A DNA stretch of 64,000 nucleotides, taken from positions 2,542,001 to 2,606,000 of the forward strand of contig MU053881.1 in NCBI GenBank assembly GCA_013239625.1. The letters run 5' to 3'. This stretch comes from Lama guanicoe. Its lineage: Eukaryota. Each line of letters begins with the position of its first letter. Position 1 is the stretch's first letter. Below the pieces are notes generated by a model. The model searched no databases. It saw only the letters and a list, made by a program, of their open reading frames with translations, and was not told where the DNA came from. The position numbers were made by a program, and so were the translations under genes. Positions 12,541-26,915 of the stretch are shown in pieces.

Positions 12541-15500
12541 CTTTAAGACACCATAATGTCTGTAAAGCCCTTTATCTTGGGACCCAGCACATAGCAAGTT
12601 CTCAAGAAGTGATAGTTCGATGTTATTATTACCACTTATTTTGTCGCAGGCAAAAGAGACTTCAAATCCATGCATCCCGTCCAGGTTTTAAGCTACATTC
12701 AGTGGGTGGAGACAGGAAGAGTGTGTTTGCCTCATCTTAACTTGGAACTGGAAACTCCCAGTAATTTTTTTAAAAGACATTAATACACGCAAGCATACAG
12801 AAGTGGTGCGGAGCTAAAGCCATCATTTCGTGAGCGCCTCTTAGGTCAGGCACACGACAGCTTTATGCTCTCAGTCTTAGGCAGCTCAGGGTTTGAACCC
12901 AGCTGTCCCTCTTCCTAGCTGTGTGATGCTGGGCAAGAATCCACACATGTATGATCCTTAGGTTCCTTGCAGGTAAAACAGGGACAATCGCAGGAGCGTG
13001 ATGAAAATGATGCGATAATATATTTAAAGTTCTTTATCTCCAGACCCAGCACATAGTTAGTGCTCAAGAAATGGTGACAGCTCTTGGTGTGATTATCACC
13101 ACCTGGGGTTGCAAGTCACAGAGATGGACTTTACCTAAATTAAGCAAAAGGGGCTTAATTTGGGGCTCCCAGAATCCACAGGAGCTGACGGGGACCAGGT
13201 CTAGGGGAACCAGTGACTTCAAGCCGGGTTGAAGTTCAGTTAAGTTCAGTGTGTCCCACAGGGTGCCATCACCGCCCTCCCATGATGACCATGCTCCCTG
13301 GGGACACTTCCAGAGGGAAATGGGACTAATAAGCAGGATGTGTGCATTCTGGAAAGCTCTCCCCTCAAAAAGAACACAAACCTCTTCTCTTTTACTAGTT
13401 ATAAGACCACAGGTAATTGACCTACCTCTCTGCACCTCAGTTTTCTCATCTGTGAGACAAGGCTAATGATCATATGAACTGAAGATCTCATCCAATAACA
13501 TCAGAAAAGGGTGATACCTCAGGGTTGGCACTTAGCTAGTGCTCAGTTAAAAAATATTATTATTATTACTACACGTGGCTGCTCTGTCAATCCTCACAAC
13601 CACCTCTGGGTGTTACTGACCTTGCCCTCTGGGTGGAGAAAAGTACAGAGGTGCAGTGATTTGGCCCAGGACGTAGGTGGGACTGTCTTTAAAGCAGGTT
13701 TGGTTCCTGACAACCTTACCTGTCGTCAAGGTGGGGTGGGTGGTTAGTGCATCACTGATGTTGGGGCAGACCCCCAGTGTGTGCAGCTGATGTGAATGGC
13801 TGGCAGCCACGACAGGGACAGCATTTGGGGAAGAGGGTCTTGAAATGAGAGAAGTGTGGGAGCCCCCTCCTTCTGGAGTCCTTGTACGTTGGAAGCAAGG
13901 TGCTGCCTGCAGACTGGGTTCACCTGCGTGTGCAAAGTGTGGCTACTCTCAGCACGTGCGTTTCCTGCTCTGTGCTTTTTCTCATGAAAAACATTGGGGG
14001 TCTGGATGAGGCGTCAGGATAAGAAACCTGTTTGAGGACCCACTCGTGGTCTGGGGTCACAACAGGGTCCCCGCAGGGTCTGAGGGTTGCGGAGATTGGC
14101 AGGAGGAGCCCTGAGCTGACTGGGCACGCTGATCCCACCTGCAGGGAACAGCTCTGGCAGGGCAGGGAGCCAGGGCTGGGCCCTCAGCAAGACAGAAAGG
14201 CTGAGTCAAGTGAAACAGGGACAGAGTGGCACCCACCGTGGGGTGGGAGGTGATGGGGCTGCAGATGGCGTCTCGTTTTCTCTCCATGTTTTTTCCTCCA
14301 CTTAAGAAAAAACTGTAACGAGACAGCCTATGGAATGGCACGATTGATTGTGTTGTTCTGGCCTTTGAGGGAAGAAGGAGGGGGAAAAAATCAAATTATC
14401 GGACAGGGTCCTTTTAAGCAGCTGCTGCTTTAATTTATTTTTTTTTATATTTTGTCAATAGCTGTTGTTTTTTTCTTAAACAAGTGCTGTGCCTTATAAA
14501 TGGATTTTGCTTGGGCAAAACAAACACAGTCATTTCATACTTCCTTCTAAAACTTAGTTAAAATGTGGTGAGTGGCTAAGATGGACACTGGGGGGGACCA
14601 GCACTCAGAAGAGTGACAGGTGGCCTTCTAGGGACACACTGCCCGAGGCGGGGGCAAGGGGGTGGTGGAGGGAACTTGGACCAGCAGCAGACCTGTGGCA
14701 TAGATGACCGCCTCCTGGCCACACAGCTCAGGTCCCATGCCTGTTGAGGCTCCCTGTGCCCCCCTGGTGGGGATATTTCAAAAAACACAGATTGCGGCCC
14801 CCGCTTGAAGAATCTGATTCAGTGGGTCTGGAGTGGTCCCCAGATTGTGTGTTTTTTAAGCTCAGGTGATTGGACAATAAATCTCAGCTCCTCAGCTTGA
14901 GCTTGGAGCCACCCCTGGGAGACCTCCCTACCCACGTCCCCACCCCACCCCACGCGCCCTGGACTCCTCTGGGTGCCCTCAGCCTCTGTGCCTCTGCTTC
15001 CTTGGCCTGCAGTTCAGACACCTTCTCAAATGGCATTCAACCTCCTAACACCGAGGGGGCATCACCCACCTGTTCACCCCTTCATTCAGCTGCACATTGA
15101 AAAAGTATTTATTCAGCACCTTTACACGCCAGGCCCCCGGCTTGGCATCACGATGAGTAATACCCAGAGATACAGAGAAGAGAGTCCTCGCCCCCCCCAC
15201 CCCGCCCCCAACACAGGAAACAGCTGAAGGGGAGGGAGAGAGCGGAGGCTGAGCGGGGGGCCTCAAACCCAGACGTCCCCTGGGGTGGGGCAGGCGCCTA
15301 GGGGAGCGGAGGCAGGCAAGGCTGTGGCTTAGAGCCACGCAGGTCCTATCCGATCCCTCCGCAACTCAACCTGGCCTTGTGGAAAGCAGCCCTGTATTGA
15401 CAGTTTTGCAGGAGAAGCTAGAAATCCAGGTTTCTGTATGAAATCTCCTGGTTTTTTAAATGCAACTCTGGTTTTCTTTAAATCCACCCTCCGTGCGTGC

Positions 15501-18269
15501 AAGCCACACAAAATCCGGTCTGCCTGCCCGGTGGCTGCCTGGCAGCTGGGTCTCCGCATCTCAATCCCTCTCGAAGCCCAACTCAGCCAGGCCTGGAGGG
15601 TTGGGGGTGGTGGAGTGGAGGGGCAGGGGGGTGGTGGTGGAGTGAAGGGGCAGAGGAAGAAGGTCCCCCATTCAAAGGCCCCCCAGGATGGGTGGTGCCT
15701 GGCCACATAGCCTGACCTGGAATCGAACTCATACCCCTGGGTCTCCAGCCCGGCCCAGCTGTCTCCCTGACCCCCACCCTGGTCCCTGCGCCAGAGCCGG
15801 CCCCTTCCCGCCAAGACGGGGCTCTTTTCTCAGCTCAAAGAGTCTCCCAGGAAGCACCGCTTCACCCCAGTCGCTCTGCGGACTTAAATAATAAATTACA
15901 GAAGAGAGAGGGAAATTAAACCCTGCCAGGTGGGGAGGTAGGGGCTGGAGGCTGAGATGGACAATCTGATGAGGATTCAGTGAAGTAAAAAGGGCGGAGT
16001 GGGCGCCGGCCCTCTACCTGGAGCTGCAGGGGCGCCCAGGCTGGGTATCCCTGCCACCCCATCCCAGACCGTCGGACTGAAGCAGAGCTTCGTTGCAGCC
16101 TCCATCCCATCAAAACACTGAATCCAGTTTGGTTCTGCAGTTACTTAGAGCAAGATGCAGCCCACTGCCAGGCCCCTCACCCCTCAGCACAGTACAAGCC
16201 TGGCTCGCTCACGCTCTGCACCCAGGATGCCTCAGATTCCTCCCCCTGGAAGTCCATCCTGACCAGCAGAAGTGAAGGTGCCCTTCTCCCGGGGTGAAGG
16301 TGTGGGCACATTCTTCCCGGCCCCTTTGCCCTCCCTTGTCTCTACATTTCCCTACTCTGAGGACCCCAGGGAGCCCTGGAGGGCCTGAAGCTAACATTTA
16401 TGCCACAAGCCACAGGCACAGGAATGTGCCGTTGGTCGGAGCCGCTTCTGGTTAACGCACTCTGGAGGAAGACCCCAGGCTGGGGAGAGCCCTGGACTGA
16501 GATGGGAAGGGTAGGGAAGGCTAGCCTGGGCCTGTGTGGAGTTTGGGGACCCCAGGGCAGTGGGACTGTTTCTCACTTCTGAGGGGAGGTCTGGGGAACA
16601 TCAAGGCCCACAGAGACACCCACCCTTTCCCAGCCAGCAAGACAGAAGAAATTCCTTTCAGAGGGGTTGATATAGACAGGCTTGGGGCAGGTCAGAGGGT
16701 CCCCATTGCCCCATTGTCTTGGAGTGAGATGGTCACCAGAGTGGCCCTGAACTGTGCCGAGGGACCTCAGTGGCCCTGAAGGGGCAGGGGATGGACCCTG
16801 GACCAGGCAGGACTGGGGACCTCAGTGGGGCCAGTGTGGAGGAGCGGAGAGCCCTGAGAATGTGGACCCAGCATGGACACTGGCCCAGATGTCCAGGAGC
16901 TCCGCCCCCACCAAGCCCCCACCCTGTGTGGGCCCTGCCCCCACTTGGGTTTCAACTCTAACCCTAGTGAGAAGGGGAGGACCTGCAAGTTACCTAGGAG
17001 ACCAAGGGCTGACCCAAAACACCTCAAAATGACCACATTTATCCCGAGTTTACTATAGTGGGGGCCAAGATTAAACCCAGTTTTAGAAGACCTGAGACCC
17101 ATTTTTACACACCTAGGTTTGTAACCTGCAGATTCTGCCCAGTACCTGGCGCGGAGTTCTCAGAGGCATCCGGTGCTGGGCAGGGGCTCTGTGCGCCAGG
17201 CTCCATCCTGGGACTGGCGATGCGGCAGTGAGCACAGCTGAGTCCCAGCCCGCGGGTGCTGGCTGGCGCTGGAGGAGGAGACGGGCAATGCAAACGTGGA
17301 AGCAATGTGTTCATTTCTGATGGTGGTAAGTGCTGGCAAGAACAGTAGCGCAGGACCCTGTGACCAAGCCTCGGGGGTGCTCTGGGGGGACCCAGGGCTG
17401 AGTCTCAAATGAGGAGAAGGAGCTGAAGCGAAGGTCAGTGGAGAAGGCTTTCCAGGTAGAGGGGCCGGCAGGTGCAAGGGCCTGGAGGTGGGACCAGGCT
17501 CACAGGAGCGCAGTGAGGCAGGGCCCGGCCGGCTGCAGCATGGTGCGCGCAGGGGCAGTGGGCCCTGGAAGGCATGGGGGTCCGGGATGGGAAGAGGTGA
17601 AGGAAGGAAGAGATCTGATCTGATCTACTTCTTTTAAAGGATAGCTGAGTGACAGGGGACAATCTGCAGTGGAGCAAAGGTCAGGCTGCACTGGGGTCCC
17701 TGATCCCCTTGGACGCCGCCTGACTTGACATACACGCCAGCCTCGTGGCCTCACCAGCGCCCCCTGCAGCCCCCAGCCTATTCCACTGGCTCGCCTCCAC
17801 AAAGACTATCCCTCAGCAACTCAGTCCAGGCAAACAGTCCAGGAACTAAATTTGCTGGAAACAAAACATTTCCAACAATCATTCTTGGTTTGTTTTCTCT
17901 CTTCTCAGCTTCCCTCCACATAACATTTCCTCTTGTCCCTTTACCGTTCCGAGTCCTTCCTTCCCTCCCCTGATTTGCCTTTCCTTGTCTTCTCCTCATT
18001 CTCTCCGCACTGCTTCCCCCTCCCCCACACTCAACACTTGTGCTCTCTCTCCAGGGACCGAAAGAGCCCGTCCTCCGCATATGCTGCGTGCTAGGCACAT
18101 GCGTGTGTGGTACCTGTGACACTTGTCACAGGACTCTCTCATCTGCAAGTTGCAGAAACCCCAACCACATTGGTCTGGAGGGGAAGGGCTTATGAAGCTG
18201 GAAAGTCCATGGGAAGATCTCACTTCAGGCATAGCTGGACCCAGGGGCACAAACCATGCTTCTGGGACT

Positions 18270-18596
18270 TTGCTATGGACTGAATGTTTGTGTCCTTCCA
18301 AAATTTGTATGTTAAAGACCCAAACCCCAGTGTGACTGAAAATAGGGCCTTTTTGGAGGTAATCAAGGTGAAAGGAGGTCATAAAGAGGGGGTTCTGATC
18401 CCACAGGATTGGTATCCTTATAAGAAGAAGCGAGAGCGTGCAGGCTAGCAAGCCAAGAGAAGGGGCCTCAGAATGAAACTGGCTTTGTCAGCACTTTTAT
18501 CATGGATTCTCGGCCTCCAGTTCTGTGACAAATACATGTCTGGTGTTTAAGTCACAGTCTGTGCATTTTGTTACAGCAGCTGAGCTGACTGAGACA
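18270..18596 (+). mobile_element. MLT1A/B-like LTR nested in an older MLT1
   Basis: tgctatggactgaatgtttgtgtcc...ttgttacagcagctgagctgactgagaca. Confidence 0.7.
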
Positions 18597-20899
18597 GACT
18601 GCATTTCTTTCATCTTTCAGCTGTGCTTTCCTCTGAGTTGGAATCATTCTCTGCCAAACCTCCCTCCTCATGGAGGCCCCACAGCAGCTCCAAGCTGCAT
18701 ACTCACTGCTCACCACCCCGAGAGAGCCAGCTTCTCTTTGCTAATAGTTCCAACAAAGGTGTCAGAATACAGTCTTGTCAGTTGGGTCCCGATCGCATAC
18801 CCAAGCCCGAAGCCAGAGGCCAGGGTCAGGCCTGCCTGAGCTACTGGGAGATAAGATTTTCCCAAATGAGAAGCATTGTGTGGGTCTGGAGGCTCAGAGA
18901 GCTCAGGGACTTACCCAGGACCCTGGAGCTGATCTGGGCTCCGAAGTCTGCGGATCCACCCCCTCCCCCGTCTTACCCCACCCCACCCCTACCCCATGTC
19001 TACACAAGGATGCTCCCCTCTGTCCGGACAGCCTCTTCCAGGCCTCCCCTCTCCTCTGACCATCAGCTCCCCCAGCTCCCCTGCCTGCCTCCTTCCTCCC
19101 TCTTCACTCATCACTGGCTCCTGTTGTGACCCACCTAGTCCTGAGTTAAGCTGTGGGTTGTGGGCATGACTATTCAGGCCACTGACCCAAGTGTGCCAAA
19201 ACCGCAGCCTTATATCCTATTACCTGTATTCTTCTTTATTTCCCACCTCCATTTCCTGCCCAGCAGCAGAGAATAAGTCTCGGTCAGTTCGGCAGTTAGT
19301 GTTTAGACGCATTAGATTCAGGGCTCCCCCTCCTCCATCTCTTTTTCCCGCAGATTCAGCAAACGTGGGTGGTATCACAACATGGCTGGCGAGGGGACAG
19401 ATGGGTCAGAGGTTGGTGTCTGTCCTGCTGACACCCCCCAAGACATGCACAGGGACATCTGGTTCTTAGCTGTATTCTCCCTTCAGCATTGGCAGCCGAT
19501 GAGGTGTCTGTGTCCCCATCTGGTCCCTGCTTGTAAAGGCCAGGACAGTTTTGATGGTGGCCTTTCCTCGTCACAACCGGGAAGCCCCTCCAGGCTCTCC
19601 TGGAAAACTTGGCTGCTCCCCCAGTGCTCTGGGACTGGGAAAATCCCTGGGCTGTCTCAGGTCCTCGCCGTGAGCCACCTCTCACCTCCTGTCTACTGTC
19701 ACCACAGCTCATCTGGGTACAAAGTACCTGGAGACCTTGGCCAGCCAGGAAACCAGGCTCAGGTTTCCCTTGCAATCAATTCAGTTACCACCCTGGGGGG
19801 TGCTAATCCTTCATAGCTGCCCTTCCCTGGGAATCTGCACACCCCCTGGTCCTACCATGCACAGAAGAGCCCCAGCAGGGCCAGCTCACTCATTTCATTC
19901 CTTACACTCTCTCTTCCCCAGCCAGGCAGAATCATTAACCTCATCTGTCCGTGGCGAAGGCTGAAAATGCACCGGGCAGACAGTGTTCCAAATTTACTGT
20001 TTATGATGGGACCTAGGCCTTTGGGAGCTCAAAAGCTAAGATTTAAATTCTTTTGTTTCTCTGCTGCTCTGAATAGCCAGCATATCCCTCGGATAAAGAG
20101 GGCATTGCAGGCATCACCAGGGGAAGACGTCACAGTGTCACCCACCCCAGGCTGGCTGGGGTCAAGCCACAACCCTGGGGGAGACAAAGCCATCTCTGGT
20201 GACACTCTGTGCTGAGAGCCACACAGCGGGGTGGGGGCAGATAAAGAGGTGGGTCCCCCTGGGGACAGGCCCATCAAGGCTGCAAGACACCCAGTAGGGA
20301 GCTCCTGGCATAGGCCAGAAAAGCTGCCCTGTCTGCCAGCTAGAGGCCAAGTGGCCCAGGGCTGGTATCCGGGCTGAAGGAACCCATCAGGCTGGGCTGG
20401 GGCTGCGCCACTTGGCTTCTCTGTGTTTATACCTTCGCTAAATCCCAGCAGTAGCAAAGCTGCACTCAGGGGACCTGAGAGAAAGGTGACTCATGTCAGA
20501 GCCAGGACATAAAAGGGGCAGCCCTTGCCACTTTACCCTGACAGGTGGGAGGCGGGAATCAGAGGGAGAGACCTCCCCGCCCCCAGGGAGAGAGGGGGAC
20601 TGAAGACACAGTGGTCCAGGTTTAATCCATGGAAGTAGGGGCCCCTCATAGGGGATCCCAACTCAGAGGAAGGATCACAGACTCCAGATAGTGGGCTCAT
20701 TTGCTCCATCATGTCACGGGTGTCACCGGGCCCCACAGCACAGGTTCCTGGACCCTGAGCCATGTGAAAGTACTGATGGCATCAGTCCAGTATCTTTTGG
20801 TTCCAAGTGGATAAAGCCCCACTGACTGTCAGACTCAAGAGGAAATATGCTGACTCACAGCTGAAAGTCAAGAGATGGCCAGGCTGGTCACTGAGAGCC

Positions 20900-21240
20900 T
20901 CTGTAAAGGTTCATTTTATGTCAGCTTGACTGGGCCAGGGGGCCCAGATATTCAGTCAAACATTATTCTGGGTGCGTCTGTGAGGGTGTTTCTGGATGAA
21001 TGCACATTTAAATCAGTAGACTTGGTAAAGCAGATTGCCCTCCCCAGTGTGGGTGGGCCTCAACCAATCAGTTGATGACTTGAAAAGAAAAAGTCGGTCC
21101 CTCCCCTGAGGAAGAGAGAATTCCACCTGTCTGACTGCTTTTGCACTGGGACACCAGCTCTTTCCTGACTGCAGCCTTGAACTGAAATACCAGCTCCTCC
21201 TGGGTCTTAAGGCTGCCAGCCTTTGGACTTCAGGAACCCC
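20900..21240 (+). mobile_element. MLT2 (ERVL) LTR fragment
   Basis: ttttatgtcagcttgactgggcc...aaacattattctgggtgcgtctgtgagggtgtttctggatga. Confidence 0.7.
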
Positions 21241-24019
21241 ACCATCCACTCTCCTGGGTCTCAGCCCACACCCATGGGCCTGAATTGTCTCCTACACTCC
21301 CCTGGACCCTCCAGTCTCTTTCAGGGAGCCAGGGTCCCTGGAAGGCCTTTCCATGCCCATGCTGCCCACACCCTGCCCTGTGTTTGTGCCGTCCACAGAC
21401 TCCATCTTTGCCTTAGCTGTCCTCCCTGGCCCTGCTGGCCAGCTGCCCTGCCAGCCACATACTCTGATTCCAGTCCTTACCCACCTCCGGCCCTTGCTTT
21501 CAGACCCACCATCATGTCCAGGATCGTGCCTGCTGGCCCTTGGCCTGCCTCACAGGAATCCTGCCCCCCACCTTGCAGGGTCACACCTGGAGCTCTGGAG
21601 TCACCCTCCTCCCTTCCACTCTGATGCCCTGTCCACCCGGTCCTTTGCTGCTCCCCTCTCGGCCACCCACTTCCAGCCCAAGACATGACCCTCCGCGCAC
21701 TTTCACTCATGGTCACCTGGGAGGTGACTGCCAGCGGCGGGGGCTGCTGGCGGCAGTTGGCTGGAGCCCCACAGCGGAGATGCTTCGGGCAGCAATTGGG
21801 CAGCGTCCCCACCATCTGAAAATACATACCCCTCCCCCGCCGGTGAGTTCACTGCTCACCTGCCCTCAAGAAATGGGCCCGGGCACCAGGATCCTTGCAG
21901 CTTGGTTTGTAATTGTGAAAAGCTGGAAGCCACCCAAGTGTTCATTAATGGGACACTGAGTGGCTAAAAGGCAGGCTAGTCATGGAAGCGAGAGCCACCT
22001 GGCAGTTCTAAGAAAGATCGAGACCCACGTGGGTCTACACACCTGGAGCTTGAAAACACATTGCGTGCAAAAACCAAGAAGCTGCATGGTACAGTACGAT
22101 ACCAATTAAGGAAGGGGGGAAAAGAGTGCTACCTCTTTTAAGGTATCTTTGTATATTTGTAAAATCAAGAGGAAAAAAAGAAATCCTTAGTAGTCGCCTC
22201 TGGGGAAGGGGAGGAAGGGCTGGGGCTGGTAGTCACAAGGGACTTCACCTGGAATGTTCTGATTTTTTCAAACGGAGATTAGATCCTTGTATGACATGTG
22301 TAATTTATCATAACTGAAGAGAGACAAAGAATTCCAGCAGCTGGACCACATGCTCCCTGTGCCAGCCTGTCTCCTGGCTCCCCGCCCGCCCCCGCCCCTC
22401 AGGCCTTCCCCTCTCGCTGGACCCGGAGCTGGAGGCTGTTAGATCTTCCATTTAAAACTCCTCACCCGCGCCCACACTGGGGAGTTTCTTATTCCCTTTC
22501 AGATGTAACTGTCTGTCACCAGTAATAGTCTTTTTCGATTTCATTTCCTTCAGCTCCTGCCAGCCACTCGGAGAGCCGCCTTCCCAGCCCTGCTGCCCAC
22601 CCCCACCGCCCCAGCCCCAAGTCAGGGGGAAAAAAAATACATTTTTTGCCTTTACTATGATGTATGCGATCCCATAAAATAGTGAAACAGATATGAAAGG
22701 TTGAGAGAAGGTAGATAAATGGCTCCTATTATTCTACCAATCAAATGAAATACCTCTCCACGTCCTCATTTGAATGATAATAAAACTCGGAGAGGCTGCT
22801 GGTTCGCTGTTGTCACCGCTGCCAGCAGCTTGAGCCGCGGAGCCACAGGCCAAGGTAACCTTGGGGTGTCCTCTGCGGCCGGCAGGGAACTGCAGCCCAC
22901 CCCCTTCCCTGTCTCCTCGCCTCTCCCCCTACCCCGGGTCTCCCCCTGCTCCCACTCCCATTCTCCTTCCCCTGCCCTGCCACTCACTCCCAGCTCACCC
23001 ACTGGACAGTTTTGCATCTTTCTGCCCAGCCGCCAGCTCCCTCTAAGGCCCAGAAGAAAACACTGGTGTCCCCTGGGTAGGCCCTTTCTCTCTGCCACAA
23101 CCTCTCGCCACCTGCTCAGGCTTCCCACCCACGTCTCCCCTGAGAGCCCCTGACCCCCTGTCTAGGCTGAGCACTCGTCCCGGGCACTTGCCACACGCCT
23201 CAGTGATGATGTCTTGTTCTCTCTAGTCCAGGGCACATCCGTCTCCACTGTTCAACTCAATCGCCGGAGGCAGGGGCCACGTGGGACTGGCTTTGCAGCG
23301 CCCTCTCGGCCTGAGCACGCGCACGGAGTTGCCTTAATTCCACCTGCATTTACCAAACACACATGCAACCTCTCCCAGGTTTGGATGCCCGTCGGTGAAG
23401 AAACAGGTGGGAAGCACTGCCCAAGGGCGGCCACGCTGTAGGTGGGAGCGGTGGTGGGGCGAGGTCACCTCCCCTTCTGAGCCCTGCTATGCCAAAGCCC
23501 TCCGTGCTTACAGTTCACTTCCCAAGCACTTGTGGTGCCTCCTGAGTCCTTTCCTGACAACCAGGGTACACTGGTGGTTTCTGCCTTCCCTGAGTTTCCC
23601 CCGCTTTGCAGGGAGCAGCACCTGAGGGCTCAGCCTTCTCCACGACAGGCAGTCCTGGCGGGCTGACGATCACGAGACCTCGCACCCTGGTGGGTACTGA
23701 CACAGGCAGTGAGGCCAGGCACACCCCTCTCTGCAATTTTGATGCTTCAGCAGAATTTTTCATTCTGATGGCTGCTCCCTGAAGAGACTTCAAGTTCTCA
23801 CCACTTAGATCCCTGGTGCTACCCTAATTTCTGCCCTTTCCTTCCAAATCCCCTCGCTCAAGGTAGCCAAGGTCAGTTTCTGTCCCAAAGACTGGCACTA
23901 GACAGTGCCCTGAGCTGACCTCCAGGGCACTGGGACTTGCTCTGTCATTTCTCCCAACTGTGACATCTCGTCTGTCCCCTCTTAGGGTAGGGGCCTGAGC
24001 CATCTCCTCACCCTGTCTC

Positions 24020-24040
24020 CCCAGCACCAGGGACAGCACC
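24020..24040 (+). promoter_or_regulatory. REST/NRSF RE1 element candidate
   Basis: CCCAGCACCAGGGACAGCACC versus consensus TTCAGCACCACGGACAGCGCC; both half-sites and canonical spacing intact. Confidence 0.65.
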
Positions 24041-24536
24041 TGCCCACAGGAGGTGGTTGATGACACTGAAGGAAACAAGGGTAGGGATTTAGAGATGTTG
24101 TGCATTTTAGAGATAAAGACGATGAGCCCCAGAGGGAGAGCGACAAGTCAGGACCCAAATCTGCATCTTCTCTCCCCAAGCCTGGGACCCCTCTGTCTGC
24201 ACTGGTTGCTCCCGGATACCAAACACTCCCTCTCCTGGGTTTCCTCAAACCAAAGAACGTCCAGAGGGAGAGTCTCCTGAGAGAGGAGTCTGCGCTGAGG
24301 ACGTGGGTCCACAAGAGAAGGGAACAGCCAGCACAGCATGCAGGGCTAACTGACTGCAAGCCCCAGAAAGCTTCCGGGTTGCACTGAGAGGTTGTCAGGC
24401 AGCTACTGAATCAACAGCAGGGCGAATACTCAGGCCTGGGAAATGCTGGAATCGAGTGGTGCTCAGAGCCTGCTCGGGCCACTTCTCAGTCCCTGTGTCA
24501 GATCTCCCTCTGCCTGAGACTCAAAGCCCTGAGACA

Positions 24537-25400
24537 TGAAAAGATGCTCAATATTGCTAATTATTAGAGAAATCAAAATCAAAATTGCAAGGAGGTATCA
24601 CTTCACACCAGCCAGAATGGCCATCATTAAAAAGTCTACAGATAATAAATGCTGGAGAGGCTGTGGAGAAAAAGAAACCCTCCTACACTGTTGGTTGGAA
24701 TGTAAATTGGTGCAGCCACTATGGAGAACAGTACGGAGATTCCTTAAAACACTAAAAGTAGAGTTACCATATGATCCAGCAATCCTACTCCTGGGCATGT
24801 ATTTGGAGAAAACTCTAATCTGAAAAGACACATGCACCCCAATGTTCATAGCAGCACTATTTACAATAGCCAAGACAGATGAATGGATAAAGAAGGTGTG
24901 GTACTTATACACAGTGGAATACTACTCAGCCATAAAAAAGAATGAAATCATGCCCATTTGCAGCAATGCGGATGGACCTAGAGATGATCATATTAAGTGA
25001 AGTAAGTTGGATAGAGAAAGACAAATTTGTGTGATATCACTTATATGTGGAATCTAAGAAAATGATACAAATCTTATTTACAAACCAAAAATAGACTCAC
25101 GGACATAGAAAATAAACTATAGTTACCAAAGGAGAAAGGGAGGGGGAGGGATAAACTAGGAGTTTGGGATTAACAGATATCCATTACTATATATAAAATA
25201 GATAAATAACAAGGACCTACTGTCTAGCACAGGGAATTATATTCAATTTCTTGTAATAACATAATGGAAAAGAATCTGAAAAAAATAGTATCTGTATAGC
25301 TGAATCACTTTGCTGTATGCTTGAGACTAACATTGTAAATCAACTACACTTCAATGAAAAACTAAATAAATAAACAAATAAATAAAACAATTTTTTTAAA
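24537..25400 (+). mobile_element. 5'-truncated LINE-1 (ORF2 C-terminus, 3'UTR, A-rich tail)
   Basis: ORF 24536 [15 protein letters not shown] = L1 ORF2 cysteine-rich domain; TSD aaagccctgagaca (24523) / aaagccttgggaca (25401); short internal deletion between GACA microhomologies relative to the 58.7-kb copy. Confidence 0.93.
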
Positions 25401-26229
25401 AAAGCCTTGGGACAGAGATGGGCATGTGACCCTCCTTTGGCCAGAGTACGGCCTTGATGGACGGTCCCCACTAGGCTCACGTGATAAAGGAGGAGGATCC
25501 CCGAGAGAGAGCCAGAGCTGTTACTTGCAGCAAGAGGAGTGGACTCAGGCAGCTGAAGTCCCACAAACCAATAAGCCAGGATACCCAGACTCTGAATTCC
25601 TGGTGCCTGCTTGGCTTGGCCTCCCAAGTGTTGCTTTGGGCCTGGCCCAATCACTCAGACTCCTAGCAGGGTTAAGATCACAGACTCAGAGAGCACGTGC
25701 TCCTTGGAAGGGACTGAGACTGCACACTTTGCAGCTGAGGAACCCAAGGAGACACCGTGACGGAGCCCGCATCCTTCCCACCCCAGCGGGGGGTTCAACC
25801 CTGACCAGGGACCCTCAAGTCTCCACCAGGGAGGAGGCAGCGCGGCTGTGTGACCCATCAAACTCTGAGCTCCCATCTCCTCATGTAGACAGGAAGCTGC
25901 TTCGAATGGCTATTGTAAGGATTAAACAAATATGAAATTTATGTGCTCATATGAAAATGCTTAGAATGGAAATGAAAACAGATGTCCCCACAAAGACTTG
26001 TACATGAAAGTTCATGGCAGCTTTGTTTATGATCGCCAAAAGCTGAAAAGAATCCAGATGCTCCATCAACTGGTGAATGAATCAGGAAAACTGTGTACCC
26101 ACACATGGGATACTACTCAGCAGCGAAAGGGACAAACTGGAAATATGCACAATGACGTGCATGCATCTCAAGAGCATCATGCTACGTGGTACAGCTAGGC
26201 TCAAACGACCGCGTCCAGGGGGTCCCATA

Positions 26230-26915
26230 CACATCGGTTCTCATTACCTGCACCACGGATGTTCACGACACGTCGTCACGACAGACACTGAATTTCTGAA
26301 TCTGAACCATCACTCCTGGGAGAATATGCACCGGGTCAGATTCCTGCAAGCCTCTGGCCACATTTTCATCAACCAATCAATACAAAATCTTGTTGTGTGT
26401 GTGTTTCTGTTTAAAGAGAGACAACTTATTTAATATCCATAGTGGAGTCATTAACATTGAATGCACGGCCAGAGGCACTGTAACTCTTGTCTGAAAGAAG
26501 CTTATCTTGTTTGATTTTCTCCATCAGGAAAATCATGGCTTTCTTATGCTGAGAAACACTAGACCGTGCTTCAGCACTTCGCTTTGGGGCCGTTTTAAAT
26601 AGCAAAACCACCACCACCACCACCACCAACAACAACAACAAAAACACAAAAAATGTGAACAACACGTCACTAAATAGCCTGCAAAGAGGACACTTGTTTG
26701 AGCTGAACAGGAGCTGAAGTCAGGGACAAAGCCACTCCTCGTTCAGCCTCAGCCAGGAATGTGCATCAGACGAATCAAAGTTTTCACCACTCTGCACGTG
26801 TCCATGAATGCCCACGAAAATACCACGAGAGTGGATTTGGGGCTTACAAATAAATTTTAGCATGTAGGTGAGTTCACAAATATGTGAGTTCTACAAATAC
26901 TGAGGAATGCTTGTA
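26230..26915 (+). mobile_element. MER82-like Tigger element nested in an L1M fragment (about 25970-27150)
   Basis: ttcctgcaagcctctggccacattttcatcaaccaatcaatac...gtgtgtttctgtttaaaga matches recalled MER82. Confidence 0.7.
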
